From contig JAYQTS010000010.1 of NCBI GenBank assembly GCA_038147755.1, forward strand, positions 6,848 to 70,847: a stretch of 64,000 bases of DNA, given 5' to 3'. Origin of the DNA: Alphaproteobacteria bacterium (GTDB lineage: Bacteria; Pseudomonadota; Alphaproteobacteria; Puniceispirillales; Puniceispirillaceae). Positions 37,828-50,572 of this stretch are shown here, in pieces. Both the position numbers and the translations under genes were made by a program. Every line of letters begins with the position of its first letter. Positions within the stretch are counted from its first letter, which is position 1. Below the pieces are notes generated by a model that was given only the letters and a program-made list of their open reading frames with translations, did not search any database and was not told the origin of the DNA.

Positions 37828-38403
37828 ATGGTTAAACTAACTCAAAAATTTAATACCCCATCAAATCATATTGCTGTAATTGATATAGGTTCAAACTCTA
37901 TCCGGTTAGTGATTTTTAAAACCATGGGACGCTTTCCATTCCCCTTATTCAACGAACGTGTAACTTGCCGCTTAGGAGAGGGCTTAGAACCAGATAATAA
38001 TCTCCAACCAGAAAAAATTAAAATTGCATTAGAAACATTAGGGAGATTTTCTTCTATTCTAAGGTCTATTCCCAATTTGTCAGTTAGAATTGTTGCAACT
38101 GCTGCAACAAGGCGAGCCAAAAATGCAAATGATTTTCTCGTTCCTGCACAGGAAATACTTAATCATGAAATTAAAGTGTTGAAAAAAGAACAAGAGGCAC
38201 GCCTAGTGTCAATTGGACTTTTATCCAACTTTAACATAAGTGATGGACTTATTGTTGATCTGGGTGGAGGTAGCCTTGAATTAGTGCATGTAAAAAACGG
38301 AAAGCCTATTTATTTCAAGAGCCTAAACGTTGGACATTTAAGTATAAAACCTCAACATGAAATATTTGATATGATAAAAAAGTTGAATGGCTCTCTAACA
38401 TGA
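37828..38403 (+). CDS. ppx: Exopolyphosphatase Ppx/GppA, N-terminal part (frameshifted gene)
   Basis: AVIDIGSNSIRLVIF and IVDLGGGSLEL actin-fold motifs. The break is at A-run 38376-38381. Confidence 0.85.
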   Translation: MVKLTQKFNTPSNHIAVIDIGSNSIRLVIFKTMGRFPFPLFNERVTCRLGEGLEPDNNLQPEKIKIALETLGRFSSILRSIPNLSVRIVATAATRRAKNANDFLVPAQEILNHEIKVLKKEQEARLVSIGLLSNFNISDGLIVDLGGGSLELVHVKNGKPIYFKSLNVGHLSIKPQHEIFDMIKKLNGSLT

Positions 38404-39323
38404 AGGGATTAAATTTATATGGAGTAGGTGGTAGTTTTAGAGCTCTGGGCGCGGCATATATTCATAAAACTAAATATCCTCTTGGCATGTTGCATGCACT
38501 CACAATGTCAAAAATCGCAGCAAATTCATTATTAAATCAAATATTAGATGAAAAACCTGACCTAGAGGGAATTCCTGAGGGACGTCGTTTTTCAATGCCC
38601 AAAGCATCAGAAATTATAACCTGTTTATTATCTATTTCTAATGTGGACAAATTAGTTATAAGTGGAACAAGTATTCGTGATGGATTAATTGCAAAAGAAA
38701 TTTCAAACCATCCAAAATTAGCTCATTATAAAGAAAAAGACCCCTTACATATTGCATGCGCAGAAATTGCAGCACATAGGTTACGTTTTTCTTCTATAAA
38801 CGAAAATTTATTTAATTTTATTAAACCTTGCATAAAAATAGGTTTGAAAAATATGAATAATCTCAATACTGGACGTTTAGTAAAAGCATCATGTTTGTTG
38901 TCTGAAATTTGTTGGGATGAAGAACCATCTATGCGTGCTAATATTGCGTTTGAAAAAATAAGTGCACTTCCAATTTACAGTCTAACACACCCTGAGCGTT
39001 TATGGATTTCTCTTACCCTATTTCATCGATATAATGGTATAAAGTTCATTCAAAAACAACCAATATTATCTGAATTTATTTTAACCAATGAGCAACAGAA
39101 ATATGCACTTTTTATTGGCCTTGGAATAAGACTCGGATTAAATTTTAGCGCTGGAATAAACACGAACCTAGATTTAATTAAATTGCATATTAGAAAAAAA
39201 ACTCTTGTATGTGAGATAGCAAAATCTGCATCAAATCTTTTTACAACCCAAAATAAAAAACGTTTAACAAGCTTTGCTAATACCCTGTCTCTTGGTACCA
39301 AAATCACTTATGCAGAAAAATAA
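38400..39323 (+). CDS. ppx: Exopolyphosphatase Ppx/GppA, C-terminal part (frameshifted gene)
   Basis: Continues with LYGVGGSFRALG. The frame is open from 38370. One extra A gives MIKKVEWLSNMKGLNLYGVGG. Confidence 0.85.
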   Translation: MKGLNLYGVGGSFRALGAAYIHKTKYPLGMLHALTMSKIAANSLLNQILDEKPDLEGIPEGRRFSMPKASEIITCLLSISNVDKLVISGTSIRDGLIAKEISNHPKLAHYKEKDPLHIACAEIAAHRLRFSSINENLFNFIKPCIKIGLKNMNNLNTGRLVKASCLLSEICWDEEPSMRANIAFEKISALPIYSLTHPERLWISLTLFHRYNGIKFIQKQPILSEFILTNEQQKYALFIGLGIRLGLNFSAGINTNLDLIKLHIRKKTLVCEIAKSASNLFTTQNKKRLTSFANTLSLGTKITYAEK

Positions 39324-39342
39324 AAATTAACTAAAAAACTTA

Positions 39343-40338
39343 CTATTTGATTTGTACTTGCTGTTCAAGAAACAATCGTGTTGCTTCTAACCATGAATAT
39401 TTCAAAGCTTGTTCTCTAGCAACATTACGAGGTATTTTTAAAGCTCCCTTTACAGCCTCGTTAAGATCCTCAGAAAGATAACCAGCTTTAGAATCACCAA
39501 TTACGTCAATTGGACCAGGGGCTGGAAAGGCAGCAACTGGAACCCCACATGCCAATGCCTCCAATAATACTAGGCCGAAGGTATCCGTGCGGCTTGGAAA
39601 AACAAAAACATCTGCTTTATTATATATTTCGGGCAAATCGTTTTTACTTTTTTTTCCTAAAAAGGTTACATCAGGATATGTCGACTCTAACTTTGACAAT
39701 AAAGGGCCATCTCCAACGACAATTTTTCTTCCTTTTAATTTTAAAGACAAAAATGCCTCTATATTTTTCTCTACAGCAATCCTTCCGACATATAAATATA
39801 CTAAATCTTTATTAGGTTTACGATTAGCGAAAGGTTTAAAAATATCTGTTTCAACGCCCCTAGGCCAATAAACTGGCGATCCTATTTGGTGGTAGTTCAA
39901 CTCCTCAATAATTGAATTAGTGGGGGCCAGCGTAGCATTTGAATATTTGTGAAACCATCGTAAAAAACGATAGCTGAATGAAATAGGAAGCCCTATTCTA
40001 GCTTTTATGTAATCAGGAAATTTAGTGTGAAATGCTGTTGTAAATTTAAACTTATTTTTTATTGCATATTGTCTGGTTGCGATGCCAAGTGGCCCTTCTG
40101 TCGCAATATGTATTACATCAACTTTGTGATTTTGAAAGAATTTTTGAACACCTCTTTTAGGAAAAACAGATAAGCGAATTTCTGGATAAGAAGGACAAGG
40201 AATTGTTCTGAACTTATCAGGTGTTAACATTATCACTTCATGACCAAGCTCCTTAAGGCAAGAATTTGTGCATAAAATAGAATTAACTACACCATTGGTT
40301 TGTGGATACCAAGCATCTGAAACAATGAGAATTTTCAT
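39343..40338 (-). CDS. Family-1 (GT4-like) glycosyltransferase
   Basis: 331 aa. MKILIVSDAWYPQTNGV and PSRTDTFGLVLLEALACGVPVAA. Confidence 0.85.
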   Translation of the reverse strand: MKILIVSDAWYPQTNGVVNSILCTNSCLKELGHEVIMLTPDKFRTIPCPSYPEIRLSVFPKRGVQKFFQNHKVDVIHIATEGPLGIATRQYAIKNKFKFTTAFHTKFPDYIKARIGLPISFSYRFLRWFHKYSNATLAPTNSIIEELNYHQIGSPVYWPRGVETDIFKPFANRKPNKDLVYLYVGRIAVEKNIEAFLSLKLKGRKIVVGDGPLLSKLESTYPDVTFLGKKSKNDLPEIYNKADVFVFPSRTDTFGLVLLEALACGVPVAAFPAPGPIDVIGDSKAGYLSEDLNEAVKGALKIPRNVAREQALKYSWLEATRLFLEQQVQIK

Positions 40339-40447
40339 ATACTCTTTCCATTATGTATTTTGCTTAGATAAAGTTTTATTTCTTGAAACAATTATTCAGG
40401 ATACCCAACGCATGTTTTGGTGACCATACTGCCTAACCTAAATTGTA

Positions 40448-41395
40448 TCAAGAGATTACGCGAGCCGAACGAGTTATTATGATAATACCAGCAACAATAA
40501 TAAACGTAATGCCAATAACTTCGCTTAAACCAAGAACGGTTGACCATAATACCCAACCCCATAGTGCTGCAAAAACTAAAAACCCATACTCATAAACAGC
40601 CAATATGCTCGTATCTGTCATTTGATAGGCCTTTGTCATAAAAGCGAGAGCAACTACAGTAAGAATAGCTTGAAGGGTAATCCACACTAAAAATTTAATG
40701 CTTACAGGTCGCCATCCTTCCAAGAAATAAAACATTTCTGAAGGATTGTTCTGTATTGTAGGGAAAAGCGATAAGGTAGTAGCAACAATGGCACCAATTA
40801 TTCCAATTGCGCAAAGATACGCTAGCGTTAAACCAATCGCTGACTCTTCACTACAAAAATGGCGCGTGCTAAGCACAGCCATCGCGTAGAACATTCCCCC
40901 GAGCAAAGGAATAATTTGTAATAAATTAAATTCAGAGAGCTCAGGTTTTAGTAAAACATAGACACCTATACTACCCAATATTACAGCCAAAATTCGAAAA
41001 ACCCCTATACGTATTTTGAATATAATAACAGAAAATATTAACACAAATATAGGGGATGAAAAAAGTCCTGCACCTGCCTCAGCTACTGAAAGGAAAGATA
41101 GACCACCGAAATAACAAATCATTGCAGCACTAAGAAATATAGAACGCAACAAAACAAATAATGGTTTTTTGGGTCGTATATCATATCTAAAAATAATTAC
41201 TAACCCAATAATCAATAAGGTCGTTATGAAACTCCGGATTGCATGAAACTGCCAGATTCCCGTTTCGTCATTAATAAGCAAAACAAGATTATCAGACAAA
41301 CCAAGCAGAAAAACCCCAATTAATATAAACGTGCCTGCTCTTACAGAGACAGGCAATTGATTTAACTTGCCTTTAAAAACGGATAATGAGTTCAA
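40448..41395 (-). CDS. DMT-superfamily (EamA-like) transporter
   Basis: 315 aa with about 10 hydrophobic spans in two EamA-like halves. Confidence 0.75.
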   Translation of the reverse strand: MNSLSVFKGKLNQLPVSVRAGTFILIGVFLLGLSDNLVLLINDETGIWQFHAIRSFITTLLIIGLVIIFRYDIRPKKPLFVLLRSIFLSAAMICYFGGLSFLSVAEAGAGLFSSPIFVLIFSVIIFKIRIGVFRILAVILGSIGVYVLLKPELSEFNLLQIIPLLGGMFYAMAVLSTRHFCSEESAIGLTLAYLCAIGIIGAIVATTLSLFPTIQNNPSEMFYFLEGWRPVSIKFLVWITLQAILTVVALAFMTKAYQMTDTSILAVYEYGFLVFAALWGWVLWSTVLGLSEVIGITFIIVAGIIIITRSARVIS

Positions 41396-41865
41396 CTAGC
41401 TCGACTCAATTGACGCGGAGATGACACCATTGTTGTCATCCAGAAACCTACTTGTTCCCCTGAAAGCACTTTTTCAACTGCCCAAAAATAATCATAAGAA
41501 ATTCCATCACCTGTAATTATGGACACAACAAACTGACTCTCAATATCTGTTTCATTGACCAACTTGATTGAATAGCTTTGAAGATTAAGAAGTGGTGAAT
41601 AAGAGGGTGTTTCAAACAGCATCTTAAAACGCGCTAGAGGCCCTGTAGCTCGCTTATTATTGGGATGAGCAAACAACCAAACCTGTTCAATTCCCTGACC
41701 AGAAGCACCTGATTGCAAACCTAATAATTGTATCTCAACAACTTCCTGGGCGCTAAAGCCCTCATTGGGTGCTATAAGGTTTTCTGAAAAAGATTGTTTT
41801 GCTAATGTCATAGTTATAAGAAAAAATACCACCCACAAAAAAACTTTCTTAATATTGTTCATCAT
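41392..41865 (-). CDS. Secreted hypothetical protein (possibly DUF4864-like)
   Basis: 157 aa with a signal peptide. Its stop overlaps the start of the downstream EamA gene by 4 nt. The family assignment is from memory of the pattern only. Confidence 0.55.
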   Translation of the reverse strand: MMNNIKKVFLWVVFFLITMTLAKQSFSENLIAPNEGFSAQEVVEIQLLGLQSGASGQGIEQVWLFAHPNNKRATGPLARFKMLFETPSYSPLLNLQSYSIKLVNETDIESQFVVSIITGDGISYDYFWAVEKVLSGEQVGFWMTTMVSSPRQLSRAS

Positions 41866-41907
41866 TAAATTATCTCACTAAAAAATATATTCTATACCAT
41901 TTAATAT

Positions 41908-42801
41908 TTATTTTACTTTTTTGGTAAGACCCAGCCTTAAACCACAGACCACCAAAACAAAACCAATAATATGATAAATTTGCAATGGCTCCCCTAATAT
42001 TAATATAGCTAGTATAACTGAAGCAATTGGTAACCAATAAAAAAATAAACCTGTGCGTGTTACTCCAAGCGTAACGACAGCAGAAGTATAAAACTTATAC
42101 GCAAGTAAAGCAGGACAGATCACGATATAACTCAACCCGAGTATAGGACCTATAGATAAATTCATCCGATAACCCGCTTGATATTCTAAAAATTGCAATG
42201 GAAACAATTCAATCGCTCCGATAATGAAAAGAACCCATAAAAAAGACCAGTGATTAACTTCTTTAGGAGAAAAACGCAGGAGAAGTGAAAATAAACCATA
42301 TATAATAATAGCAATAACCATTATTAAATCGCCAGAATTGAAAGTTAGATTAAGTAAATTCCCTAAATCTGCCTTAATCAAAACAACAAAGACTCCTATG
42401 GTAGCCACCATCATACCAAGCATTTGAATTCTAGTTATTCTTTCCCTAAAAAAGAGCCATTCAAAAAAACACAATATTATTGGAAGAGTGGTTTGTAACA
42501 AACCAACATTGCTCACAGTGGTATAATTTAATGCCCAATATTGAAGAGTATTGTATGCCCCTATTCCAGTTGTAGCGATCCAAAATACCGGCCATCTATT
42601 CGCCCAAATTAAAGGAAAATCTCTCTTGAGGGGAGGCCTAAAAATTATCAAAATTAAAATAGAGGCAAAAACCCATCTCCAGAATGCGTGTTGCAAAGGA
42701 GGCAAATCATCTGCAAACATTCGTGCAGTAATAGAATTACCTGCCCAAAATGTCATGGTTAGTAATAAATAAATATAAGCAGTTTTATATGATACGCGCA
42801 T
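41908..42801 (-). CDS. DMT-superfamily (EamA-like) transporter
   Basis: 297 aa with about 10 hydrophobic spans. Confidence 0.75.
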   Translation of the reverse strand: MRVSYKTAYIYLLLTMTFWAGNSITARMFADDLPPLQHAFWRWVFASILILIIFRPPLKRDFPLIWANRWPVFWIATTGIGAYNTLQYWALNYTTVSNVGLLQTTLPIILCFFEWLFFRERITRIQMLGMMVATIGVFVVLIKADLGNLLNLTFNSGDLIMVIAIIIYGLFSLLLRFSPKEVNHWSFLWVLFIIGAIELFPLQFLEYQAGYRMNLSIGPILGLSYIVICPALLAYKFYTSAVVTLGVTRTGLFFYWLPIASVILAILILGEPLQIYHIIGFVLVVCGLRLGLTKKVK

Positions 42802-42812
42802 TTTCTATTTCT

Positions 42813-43145
42813 TTACAAAATAATTATCCACGAACTAAAAACAACTAAAATAGCACCTAACCAAGCTCCTAACACGGGCATTTTTTTTGTTTGAAACCAG
42901 ACAAACGGTAGCATTAAAACAGGGCTTATGGCCACTAACATGGAAACCTTTGCTACCTGACCTGTTTCTAACGCTTTTAAAAATAAAGCAACCCCAAAAC
43001 TTAGGCCAAAAAAACCATTTGCAACAATATGCCAGCCCACACTTAGTGGTGGGATTTTCCATATCTTCGGTTTATCCTTTTCAAAAATTAACATTGCCCA
43101 TAAGAACACTCCGGCTGCAACAACCCGTATCAGACTCGTTTGCAA
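42813..43145 (-). CDS. DMT-superfamily (EamA-like) transporter, C-terminal part (frameshifted gene)
   Basis: 110 aa, hydrophobic. The frame is open upstream (GAGADPLQTSLIRVVAAG). The break is at C-run 43154-43157. Confidence 0.7.
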   Translation of the reverse strand: MQTSLIRVVAAGVFLWAMLIFEKDKPKIWKIPPLSVGWHIVANGFFGLSFGVALFLKALETGQVAKVSMLVAISPVLMLPFVWFQTKKMPVLGAWLGAILVVFSSWIIIL

Positions 43146-43702
43146 TGGGTCTGCCCCTGCTCCATGACTGGGCGTAAAAATAACACGCCAGCTGCTTGCC
43201 CAAGTGCTGCGAGCAAACCCGCAGAAACTCCTAACCAGAGAGGTGGTTTTGTAACTTCCCAGTCATGAATATTCGTTTTTGGGCTTCCATAGACTACTGC
43301 CAGAGCGATTCCTAAAAATCCTATGACAATGGCAAATATAATCAAAAAAGTTAGTTCCTCATTTAGTATTAGCCAAGCAAGGAACGCCGCTAATGGTGCG
43401 TTTATAGCAAATAATACTCCTGTTCTCCGTGGTCCGATTCTTTCCATAGCGATGAATAAAAAGAAGTCTCCTAGACCAATTCCAACAATACCCGATATTA
43501 TAATCCATTTCCATTGACTGGATGCTAGTTCCCAATTATTTCCATTGAGCATTATCATTACAACTAACAAGAGAGAAGCAACAATCATTCTCAATCTATT
43601 GAAATGAAGGGACCCATAATACAATGCTGGTTTATGTCCAAATAATTGTGATAAGACCCAACTAAAAGATGCAGCTAAAGCAAAAAATGCAGCGCTATCC
43701 AT
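43130..43702 (-). CDS. DMT-superfamily (EamA-like) transporter, N-terminal part (frameshifted gene)
   Basis: 190 aa with five hydrophobic spans. Together with 42813..43145 it gives a protein of about 295 aa, a typical EamA size. Confidence 0.7.
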   Translation of the reverse strand: MDSAAFFALAASFSWVLSQLFGHKPALYYGSLHFNRLRMIVASLLLVVMIMLNGNNWELASSQWKWIIISGIVGIGLGDFFLFIAMERIGPRRTGVLFAINAPLAAFLAWLILNEELTFLIIFAIVIGFLGIALAVVYGSPKTNIHDWEVTKPPLWLGVSAGLLAALGQAAGVLFLRPVMEQGQTHCKRV

Positions 43703-43881
43703 AATAAAAATATATAACCATGACTTTGTATATTTTCTTTGTGCTATTCATTTTTATATTAAAGTTGCTCAACTATTAAAATATTTGTTACGAAAGACTA
43801 TGAGCACTTTATACACATAAAACAAAACCTTATTTATTTTTTTATCTAGAAAAAATATAAAATCTCTTTGTTTTGAGCGTT

Positions 43882-44412
43882 CTAATTTCTTGGAGCATGT
43901 TTTGCTAGAATGCGTTGCAATGTACGACGATGCATTTTGAGCCGTCTCGCTGTTTCGGATACATTTCTATTACATTGCTCAAAAATGCGTTGAATATGCT
44001 CCCATCTCACCCTGTCTGCTGACATAGGATCATCAGGCGGTGGTGGTAGAGGTTTTTCATAATCCACAAGTGCATTTTTAATTTGCTCAGCACTTGCCGG
44101 TTTCGGAAGATAGTCGATCGCCCCGACTTTCATAGCCGCTACCGCTGTTGCAATGTTTCCAAATCCAGTAAGCATTATCGCCCTGCATTTGGGGTTGCTA
44201 GATGAGAGTTTTTTTACAATAGAAAGTCCACTTCCATCTGCTAATTTTAAATCAAGAACAGCGGTATCAAAGATTATTTTTTCAATTATTTCTTCTGCTT
44301 CTTCTATTGATGATACTGCTGTTACCTCAAATCCAAAAGACTCCATAGATTTTGATAGTCTTCTTAAAAGAATTTCATCATCATCTAAGATTAGTAATTT
44401 ACCTAAGTTCAT
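43882..44412 (-). CDS. regA: Redox-responsive response regulator RegA/ActR/PrrA
   Basis: 176 aa. Receiver domain (DDD...D...K) and the near-invariant C-terminal HTH SETARRLKMHRRTLQRILAKHAPR. Confidence 0.9.
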   Translation of the reverse strand: MNLGKLLILDDDEILLRRLSKSMESFGFEVTAVSSIEEAEEIIEKIIFDTAVLDLKLADGSGLSIVKKLSSSNPKCRAIMLTGFGNIATAVAAMKVGAIDYLPKPASAEQIKNALVDYEKPLPPPPDDPMSADRVRWEHIQRIFEQCNRNVSETARRLKMHRRTLQRILAKHAPRN

Positions 44413-44417
44413 TTTTA

Positions 44418-45700
44418 TTACACCAAACTTTCAATAGGGATTTTAATTTTTACCGATGCACCATTTGGCTTTCTATTTTGGAAAATAGTTGTCCCATTTA
44501 ATTGTCTTATAAATGACTGAACCAAAAATAATCCAAGTCCCCTATGACCCTCTTGCCCTAAACGAGAGCTATTTTCTGGTTGCCCTATATTTGACAAAAT
44601 GGAAGAAGGATATCCCATTCCATCATCTATCACATTTATATAAATCGATTCATGATCCCATGAAATAACCAAAGTAATTTTTGTTTCTGCAAAATCATTT
44701 GCATTTTCAAGTATTGCCTCTAATGCATAACTTAGCTCAGGTATCTGAGCAATTTCTGGCTGGTTTTTATCTGAACTATTTTCAACTTTCCATTCAATTT
44801 GAACCTTAAAAGAGGAGATTGTATTAGCAACCATTTTTTGAATAGCCAGTCCTAAAGGCATTAAAATATCAAGCTCTCTACTGGTTTTCATCGCGTCGGA
44901 GTCAAGTTCTGACAAAATAATCTGACATCGTTCAACTTCTGCTTTTAACAGCAATAAATCCTCTTTCTGAATAGAGTTTAATTTTAGCTGTGTCATTAAA
45001 TCATCGCTGATCAGCCTAATTGTTGTTAATGGTGAGCCAAGCTTATGAGCTGCTGCTGTTGCTAAAGATCCTAATGCAATAACTTGTCTCTCGGAAGCGA
45101 GCATCAACCTTGTCTGCCCAAGCATTTCAGATATTCTTTTACTTTTTTGTGCTAACCAAAAAACATAATAAGCCATAAAAATGGCAGATATCACTAATGC
45201 AATCCACAATCCAAATTGGTATAAGGGTGGAACCACGAACCCTTGATAAGACCATGGTAATGGCAAATGATAAATGCTAAGAATACTAGCGCAAATTGTA
45301 ACAATAATTACAAGGGTAATAGTTGAAAATACGTCTAAAATTGCTGCAGACACAGCAACAGGTGCAAGAAATAATATTGAAAATGGATTTAGTAGCCCAC
45401 CAGCAAAATATAACAGAGCCGCAAGTTGAGTAACATCAAATATTAAAACAAAAAGGACAGATAGTCGTGATAATTGTACTGCATTTTTATTTAGCCATGA
45501 CTGCCACAGATTTAAAATTATGCCAATTGCAATAATAGTCAAAAGAGGAATTAATGGAAGCAAAAACCCTAATGCAAAATGAACTATGAGTACAGTTGTT
45601 AATTGCCCTGAAAGAGCTATCCAACGAATGAAAATACTAACTCTTGGGTCAATAAGACTGTATTCGGTTTCAAAAGCTGGTAGAAAATGACGGTCAATCA

Positions 45701-45701
<1 letters not shown>
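44418..45701 (-). CDS. regB: Redox-sensing histidine kinase RegB/ActS/PrrB
   Basis: 427 aa. The membrane domain has the quinone-site heptapeptide GGLLNPF. H-box AAAHKLGSPLTTI, redox-box Cys (VERCQIIL) and an ATPase domain. Confidence 0.85.
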
Positions 45702-48159
<2,458 letters not shown>

Positions 48160-48162
48160 TCA

Positions 48163-49341
48163 CTAATAACTTATAATACCATCATTCACATAAAAATACT
48201 GTGCTTTTGATTTTAGAGAATCAAAACTATTTTCATCACTACCACTGTACCAAACCTGCCCCGAAAAATTTTTGCATGCGTCAAATAGAGCATCTCTCCT
48301 CCATGGATCTAATAGTGCCGCTACATCGTCTAATAATAACAATGGTGGTTTTTCTAATCTAGTGGATTGCAAGTGTGCATGTGCTAAAATAAAAGTTATA
48401 AGAAGAGCTTTCTGTTCTCCTGTTGACGCTTCATTTGCAAACTGTTTCTTTTGACTGTGAGTTACAAGCAAATCTGTAATATGCGGTCCCATGATTGAAC
48501 TATTATTTGCTTCACGATTTTTCTTTGCATTTTGCTTTATGATATCCTCTATTTCAGACGCTGGAATCCGATTTAATAATTCAGTACCTCCTCCAACTAA
48601 TTGAGCTGAGAATTTTGGAAATTCTGTTTGCATATTTTGTACAGTACGATTTATATCCTCAATGAGAGCGTTACGGGTAGCCATAATAGCAACACCTGTC
48701 TCTGCTAATTGAGTTTCATTTAAACTATACCAAATAGGATCCTTAACCTCATTTGCTAACATTCGGTTTCGTTCACGATAGGATTTTAAAAATCGCAATA
48801 ACCTACCAGAATGGGCTGGATCGAAAGAAATTGCTAACCTATCAATGAAAAGTCGTCTTGTTTTTGGACTATCTAAAAACAGTCCATCCATTTGAGGTGT
48901 AAGCCAGGAAATTGAACAAATTTTTGCAAGCATTTCTTGTGTTTCAGTCTCTTGATTAATTTTAACTATCCTACGATTACTCTCCTCAGATATTCCGGTG
49001 CCAATCTGCCAACACTTGTCATTTGTAATTAAATCCGCATAAACTGCCCATTTCCTTTGATTTTGCATGGGTTTATTTAAATCTTTGTATGAAAAATCAT
49101 CTGTATTGGCACGCCTTAATCCTCGGCCTGGTGCTAGTAAAGAAATAGCCTCCATTAAGTTTGTTTTACCAGTGCCATTCTTACCTATAAGAACAACTGG
49201 TTCATTTTGAATTTCAAAATTAACTTCTCTATAGTTACGAAAATTTAGTAAGCGAATTTTTCTAAGCCAGTGACTAATCCCTTTATCTATCATCTTTGAG
49301 TTGGATAGTGAAACACAGTACGCATTGGATGTTAAAGCCAT
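48163..49341 (-). CDS. recF: DNA replication and repair protein RecF
   Basis: LLNFRNY and GKNGTGKTNLMEAI, with a C-terminal LLLDDV. The start may be the internal MIDKG at 49293. Confidence 0.9.
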   Translation of the reverse strand: MALTSNAYCVSLSNSKMIDKGISHWLRKIRLLNFRNYREVNFEIQNEPVVLIGKNGTGKTNLMEAISLLAPGRGLRRANTDDFSYKDLNKPMQNQRKWAVYADLITNDKCWQIGTGISEESNRRIVKINQETETQEMLAKICSISWLTPQMDGLFLDSPKTRRLFIDRLAISFDPAHSGRLLRFLKSYRERNRMLANEVKDPIWYSLNETQLAETGVAIMATRNALIEDINRTVQNMQTEFPKFSAQLVGGGTELLNRIPASEIEDIIKQNAKKNREANNSSIMGPHITDLLVTHSQKKQFANEASTGEQKALLITFILAHAHLQSTRLEKPPLLLLDDVAALLDPWRRDALFDACKNFSGQVWYSGSDENSFDSLKSKAQYFYVNDGIISY

Positions 49342-49352
49342 AAAAATAGTTA

Positions 49353-50186
49353 CTACACTCTCATAGGCATCAAAACAAAAATGTTTGCTTCATCTTCAGG
49401 GTCACGAAGTAGACTTGGAGACCCTGAGTCAATAAGCTCTATTGCTATAGTTTCGCCCTTTATCTGAGTTAAAATGTCCATCAGATATTTAGCATTAAAA
49501 CCAATATCAATAGAGTCTCCATCATAACTTATTTCAAGAGACTCGGTGGCGCTTGAAGCATCTGGATTAGTCGCGGATAATACCAGTTGATTATTTTCTA
49601 TATTTAATTTTATAGCGCGTGACTTATCAGAGGCTATTGTTGACACACGATCCACAGCTGCACTCAATAAATTTACACTTACAGATATTATCTTATCATT
49701 ACCTTTCGGAATAACTCGCTTATACTCAGGAAAAGTTCCGTCAATCAATTTTGTTGTAAGCCTTACATCTCCAACGCTAAATTCAGCTCTAGTTTCTGAC
49801 AATTTCACTTCTACTTCTTGTGGCTCATCATCCAAAAGTTTTCTTAGTTCTGAAACCGCTTTACGCGGTATTATTATCGCGGGCATACTTTCTGAGCCAG
49901 AGGGTGGCTTCATTTGTGATAATGCGAGCCTGTGACCGTCTGTTGCTACAGCAGTTAAATTTGTTGTGTCCGAGAAATGAAGATAAATTCCATTAAGATA
50001 ATATCTAGTTTCTTCCATAGATACCGCAAACTTAGTTGTATCAATAAGATTTCTTAAATCTGGTGTTGTGATTGAAAAACTTACTGGCATGTCTGAGCTG
50101 TTTATTGCTGGAAAATCTTCTATTGGTAATGTCGGCAAATTAAAACTTGACCTACCCGCGCTTATGTGTGCGTGACCATCTGCCAC
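49353..50186 (-). CDS. dnaN: DNA polymerase III beta sliding clamp, C-terminal two-thirds (frameshifted gene)
   Basis: ISAGRSSFNLPTLPIEDFP, ETRYYLNGIY, ATDGHRLA and MPMRV end. The frame is open upstream of 50186. Confidence 0.9.
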   Translation of the reverse strand: MADGHAHISAGRSSFNLPTLPIEDFPAINSSDMPVSFSITTPDLRNLIDTTKFAVSMEETRYYLNGIYLHFSDTTNLTAVATDGHRLALSQMKPPSGSESMPAIIIPRKAVSELRKLLDDEPQEVEVKLSETRAEFSVGDVRLTTKLIDGTFPEYKRVIPKGNDKIISVSVNLLSAAVDRVSTIASDKSRAIKLNIENNQLVLSATNPDASSATESLEISYDGDSIDIGFNAKYLMDILTQIKGETIAIELIDSGSPSLLRDPEDEANIFVLMPMRV

Positions 50187-50455
50187 ATGAAATTGAACCT
50201 CTGCACCTTCTGGTAATTTTTTACAATCTCAAATAATAGATGAGCAGGTATTGTTGTTGCGCCCTCACTCGAAATCGAACATGGAGTTGTAGTGATAATA
50301 TCCATATCCATATCAGTCGCTGTAAGCGACAGTTTTTCAGATGCTGCATGCAAAACAACATTAGATAAAATAGGAATTGTATTCCGACGTTCAACCACAG
50401 AATTGATGTGACTTAATGGTCGCAGTAAATTCATTCGATCGATTGCTAATTTCAT
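50162..50455 (-). CDS. dnaN: DNA polymerase III beta sliding clamp, N-terminal part (frameshifted gene)
   Basis: ATG at 50455 preceded by GGAGG. MKLAIDRMNLLRPLSHINSVVERRNTIPILSNVVL. The break is at T-run 50217-50222. Confidence 0.9.
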   Translation of the reverse strand: MKLAIDRMNLLRPLSHINSVVERRNTIPILSNVVLHAASEKLSLTATDMDMDIITTTPCSISSEGATTIPAHLLFEIVKNYQKVQRFNFMWQMVTHT

Positions 50456-50572
50456 TTTTACCTCCACCAGAAGGAACAGGTGATTTTTCCTATTCTGACA
50501 TACAAAATGTTGTATGCCAATCCTTTTAAGCAACAACATGTCGCAACTTTATCGAAGGTCAATAGCACTCAA

